Source of the DNA: an uncultured Planctomycetaceae bacterium
GTDB lineage: Bacteria > Planctomycetota > MHYJ01 > CAZWFP01
NCBI GenBank assembly: GCA_964633175.1
Contig: CAZWFP010000003.1
Coordinates: 1 to 59,060 of the forward strand
Length of the DNA: 59,060 nucleotides
Direction: 5' to 3'
The notes under the pieces were generated by a model. The model was not told the DNA's origin. It did not search any database and saw nothing but the letters and a program-made list of their open reading frames with translations. This document shows positions 55,711-59,060 of the stretch, piece after piece (position 1 is the stretch's first letter; each line of letters starts with the position of its first letter). A program made the position numbers and the translations under genes.

Positions 55711-55755
55711 TATTCACCTTTACTTGTTCCTTCCATCAAGGAAGGAGAACCAAAC
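55711..55755 (+). repeat. intergenic repeat family D (3-prime half with hairpin)
   Basis: tattcacctttacttgttccttccatcaaggaaggagaaccaaac, with hairpin TCCTTCC-atca-AGGAAGGA. Confidence 0.7.
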
Positions 55756-55814
55756 AATAATGTTATACACCACATAAAGCAACACAAGCTGGTTTTTATT
55801 GAAAACCATTTTTG

Positions 55815-55840
55815 TTTTATTACGAGTTTGTGAGTTTAGC
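55815..55840 (-). repeat. intergenic repeat family A (inverted)
   Basis: The reverse complement equals gctaaactcacaaactcgtaataaaa, 26/26 identical to 10588-10613. Confidence 0.8.
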
Positions 55841-56071
55841 GAGTTTGATGAGTTATTAGTCATTAGCAGTTAGTCGTCAGATTCTTATTTTCTTTTACTT
55901 TCTGTCTAATAGCTAATAACTGATTACTAATAACTTTTTTCATTAAACTTTTGAATTTTGACATGTATTTTGGTAGTGCCAGGCGGTCATAGCGCCTTTG
56001 AGTTTCGGCTTTTAAGTTTTTGTGGATATTCATAATTTGTCAATCTGCTTCTTCTTATATCGTTCAATTCC

Positions 56072-57340
56072 TTAATCTGGCTTTATACTGAGTTCCAACG
56101 GTAATGTTTCCAACATTCTATTATTTACTTTATACAGTTGCTCATTATTCAGGTGCTGCTTTATTTTTTCTTCTAAAACAATCTGTTCTCTTGTAATATG
56201 AAACAGTTCTTTTGTTAAACTATAAAAATACTGCAAAGTTTTATTGTTAAAACTGTTTTTAATACCTTTATCTTTTTGTAAGTTATTAACTACATCAGAT
56301 ACAAACACTCTTATATATGGAGTAATTTTTAGTAATTGACCTTCTTCTAATTCGTAGAATCGTTCGTAATACGCTTTTATCCAATTAACTACAAGTGATT
56401 TGCTAGCGGGATATGTGTTTAGTGTGTGTCTTAGAAAAATCATTCTGCCAGCAGCAATAATAAAATATAAGGAAAATTTATATTGTGTGTTCTGCGCTTC
56501 ATTTTTTATTAAATCAAAAATACGGTTATATAGATAAAAGATTTTATGCTTTTTCTGTAGAAAAGTGATGAACTCACTATTTTTTGGGTTTGAATGCAAC
56601 TTCTTTGCAATTTTAACGATTGACTTCTTTGCGCTTTCAGATAATTCAGAAAAATATAAAGCGTTTAAAATACGCCACCTTTGAGGGTCTATTTCATACA
56701 TTAAGGGTATGTCATGTATTTTAAAGAATATGCCTTTTTGTTGGTGTTTCAATAATGCTTGAACGATTACATTGTAAAGTTTAGATATTATATTATATCC
56801 ATCAGCATAATATTCCATAGTCGGGTAACTTCGTATATCACGAAATTTAAGTAAATCATCAATGTATTTAGGAAAGTCAACTCCTAACGATTCATATATA
56901 TGGTTATATATAACTAATTCAATCTCTATATAATCTAACTTTTCAGGATCTATAATCTTATTTAATTTTTGTATATTTAGTGATTTACTTTTTTCTATTA
57001 ATTGAAATATTTTCTTTTCATCTATTTTTAGGAATTCTAATACGCTGTTATATTTCTCTTTAATTTTATTAACATCGATTTCTAAATTAGCTTTATCGGT
57101 TTGATACTGTAAAGATTGGGATTTTAAGTTTGCAATTTCTTTTATCAGTTCTTCCTTATCTTTATCTATAAATGTTTTGTCTTTTAACTGTTTTGTTAGT
57201 TCTTCATTCTTTTTTAGGAGGTCATTTTTTTCTCTTTCAAATTGTTTAAGCATAGCAACCGTGGATTTGTATTTAGCGTATGAGATTAACAGTCCTCCTA
57301 CTATTGAGCCCAGAACTAAAGATAGTATATATTTAGCCAC
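56072..57340 (-). CDS. membrane-anchored coiled-coil protein, unknown function
   Basis: 422 aa with a GTG start, N-terminal TM (YILSLVLGSIVGGLLISYA), about 90 aa of coiled coil, then a roughly 300 aa helical domain with no motif I recognise. Confidence 0.5.
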   Translation of the reverse strand: MAKYILSLVLGSIVGGLLISYAKYKSTVAMLKQFEREKNDLLKKNEELTKQLKDKTFIDKDKEELIKEIANLKSQSLQYQTDKANLEIDVNKIKEKYNSVLEFLKIDEKKIFQLIEKSKSLNIQKLNKIIDPEKLDYIEIELVIYNHIYESLGVDFPKYIDDLLKFRDIRSYPTMEYYADGYNIISKLYNVIVQALLKHQQKGIFFKIHDIPLMYEIDPQRWRILNALYFSELSESAKKSIVKIAKKLHSNPKNSEFITFLQKKHKIFYLYNRIFDLIKNEAQNTQYKFSLYFIIAAGRMIFLRHTLNTYPASKSLVVNWIKAYYERFYELEEGQLLKITPYIRVFVSDVVNNLQKDKGIKNSFNNKTLQYFYSLTKELFHITREQIVLEEKIKQHLNNEQLYKVNNRMLETLPLELSIKPD

Positions 57341-57668
57341 TTATATATATATATAATATTATACATACCAAATAAAATTAAATCCAATTATAATATAAGA
57401 CCCAGAAATTACCAACGAAAGAGTGCTGAAGATGTACAAAAGATATTATCCCCGCAACAGGGTTCTTTATTATTTTGCCTTGGTAGTTTATGTTATATTA
57501 AAAATGCTATATGCTTTTCGCGCAATTATGAAACATATTCGTAAGAGGGATTATGACAAGATATCTTATTACACAAGAAGATTAGTGGGAATAGTAGGTA
57601 ATTTGTAATTATTTAATAAATAGTCTGTTCTTGCTCTTGCTTCGTTGTAGCTTATATATGGAAAACTA

Positions 57669-57695
57669 AAAAAGTCAAATGTCAAAACTCAAAAG
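57669..57695 (+). repeat. intergenic repeat family E
   Basis: aaaaagtcaaatgtcaaaactcaaaag. Confidence 0.7.
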
Positions 57696-57705
57696 TGTAG
57701 AAAAT

Positions 57706-57760
57706 GAGATTGCCACGCCCTTGTCAATAGGACCGACTGCCGTAGCGGGGTCGCAATGAA
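57706..57760 (+). repeat. intergenic repeat family C (long variant)
   Basis: gagattgccacgcccttgtcaataggaccgactgccgtagcggggtcgcaatgaa. A partial second unit ends in cctcgcaatgc at 57829-57838. Confidence 0.7.
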
Positions 57761-57863
57761 TAGTTTTATCTGACCTACCTCGCTCCGTATGACAAAAGAG
57801 GGTATGAGGGTGCAGTAGGACTTCGTCCCTCGCAATGCTCGGTTAAGATGTGTAAAAAAATAC

Positions 57864-57891
57864 TTGACAAAACGCTTTTTGAAGTTATTAT
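57864..57891 (+). promoter_or_regulatory. sigma70-like promoter (distal)
   Basis: TTGACA (57864-57869), 16 nt spacer, TATTAT (57886-57891). Confidence 0.45.
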
Positions 57892-58013
57892 TCCTTGCTA
57901 TTATTAGTTAACGATGAGTAAAAATATACAAATTTGTAGACGAAAAGAAAGCGGGTTTTCAAGTATAATTAAACGTCTGAATTTTGGCGCTTGTTTTTCG
58001 AATAAAAATTTTC

Positions 58014-58041
58014 TTGACAAATATGGATTTCATATTATAAT
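58014..58041 (+). promoter_or_regulatory. consensus sigma70 promoter (proximal)
   Basis: TTGACA (58014-58019), 16 nt spacer, TATAAT (58036-58041), 100 nt upstream of ATG 58141. Confidence 0.55.
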
Positions 58042-58140
58042 CACCCCTCATTTAAGTTTTTTATAATGGTTAGAAAAAAGATTGAAAAAAACGATTTAAA
58101 TGGAGATAAAAAAGAATAATTATTTAGGAGGGAGTGTGTT

Positions 58141-59060
58141 ATGAAAAACGATGTGAGATTGCAAAACGATAGTTTCGTTGGTAGATTTTTGAGCTTTAGA
58201 CCTTTGAATACTAAACTTATTTTGTTAGTTCTACTTTTATCTTTATTAGGTAGCGCCAGTTTATTTTCAGCGGCAGGTGATGTTGTTGTAGAGATACACG
58301 ATGAAATAGATGCCCCTCTGCCTGATGCGACAGTTGAAGTTTGGGTAGATGGCGATGATTCCGATACAGATCCTTGCAATGAAGCAAACCCTACGAATGT
58401 CGGTCTTACGAACGCTTCGGGGCAAAAAACGTTTACAGCAGCAGATTTAGGTTCTCCTAATGATGGCACTATCATAGGATTTAGAATTCTTAAAGTCGGT
58501 TTTGTGACAAGAAGTTGTCAAACAAGCGGTGATTTGAGTTATTCTACCACTGCTGATGGTGCAACCCCGCCGATTGACGATGACTCTGGATTAGATACGG
58601 ATAATAATGTCGTTACAAGCTTAACATTTGTGAAGATAGCGGTGAAGACGAATGATGAAAGTGGCGGGGCGATAACAGGAGCTACGGTAAAGGTATATAA
58701 GGTAACGGGTGCGGGTGTGTGTGGGGATGCTTCCAATCCATTGAGAGCGACAGTAACAGATGGAGTAGTTGGTGAGGATTTTGATGGAACAGCAAACGGG
58801 GTAGTATTAATAAAAGATGCTGACTTAGGAGGGGCGGGAAATGGAGATAACTTTTCATTTGAGGTGAGTAAGGCGGGATTTGTAACGAGAGCATGCGATG
58901 TAGGAACTACGGATTTGACCTATAATAATACGATAGATGGCAATGTGGCACCGATAGATGATGATGCAGGGATAGATACGGATAATAACTATGAGAGTGT
59001 TAATGCATTTGTGAAGATAGCGGTGAAGACGAATGATGAAAGTGGCGGGGCGATAACAGG
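58141..59060 (+). CDS. secreted surface protein with tandem 127-aa domain repeats (partial, continues beyond window)
   Basis: RBS AGGAGGGAG sits 7 nt before the ATG. Signal peptide LILLVLLLSLLGSASLFSAAG. The frame is open to the window end. It is absent from the ORF track because no stop is reached. Confidence 0.75.
   Translation, partial: MKNDVRLQNDSFVGRFLSFRPLNTKLILLVLLLSLLGSASLFSAAGDVVVEIHDEIDAPLPDATVEVWVDGDDSDTDPCNEANPTNVGLTNASGQKTFTAADLGSPNDGTIIGFRILKVGFVTRSCQTSGDLSYSTTADGATPPIDDDSGLDTDNNVVTSLTFVKIAVKTNDESGGAITGATVKVYKVTGAGVCGDASNPLRATVTDGVVGEDFDGTANGVVLIKDADLGGAGNGDNFSFEVSKAGFVTRACDVGTTDLTYNNTIDGNVAPIDDDAGIDTDNNYESVNAFVKIAVKTNDESGGAIT
58627..59060 (+). repeat. 381 bp tandem coding repeat
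   Basis: 58627-58679 is identical to 59008-59060 (tttgtgaagatagcggtgaagacgaatgatgaaagtggcggggcgataacagg). The period is 381 bp (127 codons). Confidence 0.85.

Noticed and set aside
57423-57608. 61 aa GTG-start ORF with one hydrophobic helix in the 800 bp spacer.
   Set aside because: It has no RBS and a non-ATG start, and it sits in a repeat-rich spacer. I cannot exclude a small membrane protein, but the evidence is insufficient to call it.
332-57760. Possibility that the recurring short repeats represent a CRISPR array.
   Set aside because: Copies are kilobases apart, in both orientations and in different spacers, with no regular repeat-spacer periodicity. No cas genes are present apart from the lone Cas4-like nuclease.
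58041-58894. Three minus-strand ORFs (144, 65 and 70 aa) near the window end.
   Set aside because: They are antisense to the much longer open plus-strand frame (58141 to the window end), which has an RBS, a signal peptide and domain repeats.

Overview
This is an AT-rich (by eye roughly one third GC) chromosomal segment from a diderm bacterium (LptF/G permeases, PEGA protein). I cannot assign the lineage. About 60 protein genes are mostly housekeeping. They include clpP, thrS-infC-rpmI-rplT, aroB, dprA, acpS, guaA, ribH-nusB, rpsL, tig, aconitase, selA, spoVG-ispE-panC, folK, thiE and hflX. A truncated ribosomal protein cluster runs rpsQ-rplN-rplX-rplE-rpsN-rpsH-rplF-rplR-rpsE-rplO. RNA genes are an isolated 5S rRNA and six tRNAs: Ser-GGA, Val-GAC, Ala-CGC, Ser-GCU, Gln-CUG and Gly-GCC. 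Classical synteny is heavily scrambled: rpsL lacks rpsG/fusA, tig and clpP are apart, and the r-protein cluster lacks its usual flanks. I found no CRISPR array, transposase, integrase or recognisable multi-gene defense island. The most unusual things I can support are listed here. (1) Nearly every intergenic spacer is built from a small vocabulary of recurring 15-60 bp modules, and one composite copy sits inside the ribosomal operon. (2) A thiolase-fold protein lacking the nucleophilic Cys is paired with a DUF35-SCP2 fusion. (3) A metF-like gene is coupled to a MetE split into separate N- and C-barrel genes. (4) A DUF1802 protein sits next to a standalone Cas4-like Fe-S nuclease. (5) A decayed C-R-M cassette with an intact methyltransferase lies between two tRNAs. 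(6) SpoVG carries a Cys4 insertion. (7) An orphan GspK-like pseudopilin is fused to a LamG domain. (8) Secreted repeat proteins lie at both window edges. All functional calls come from motif recognition by eye, and no database search was run.
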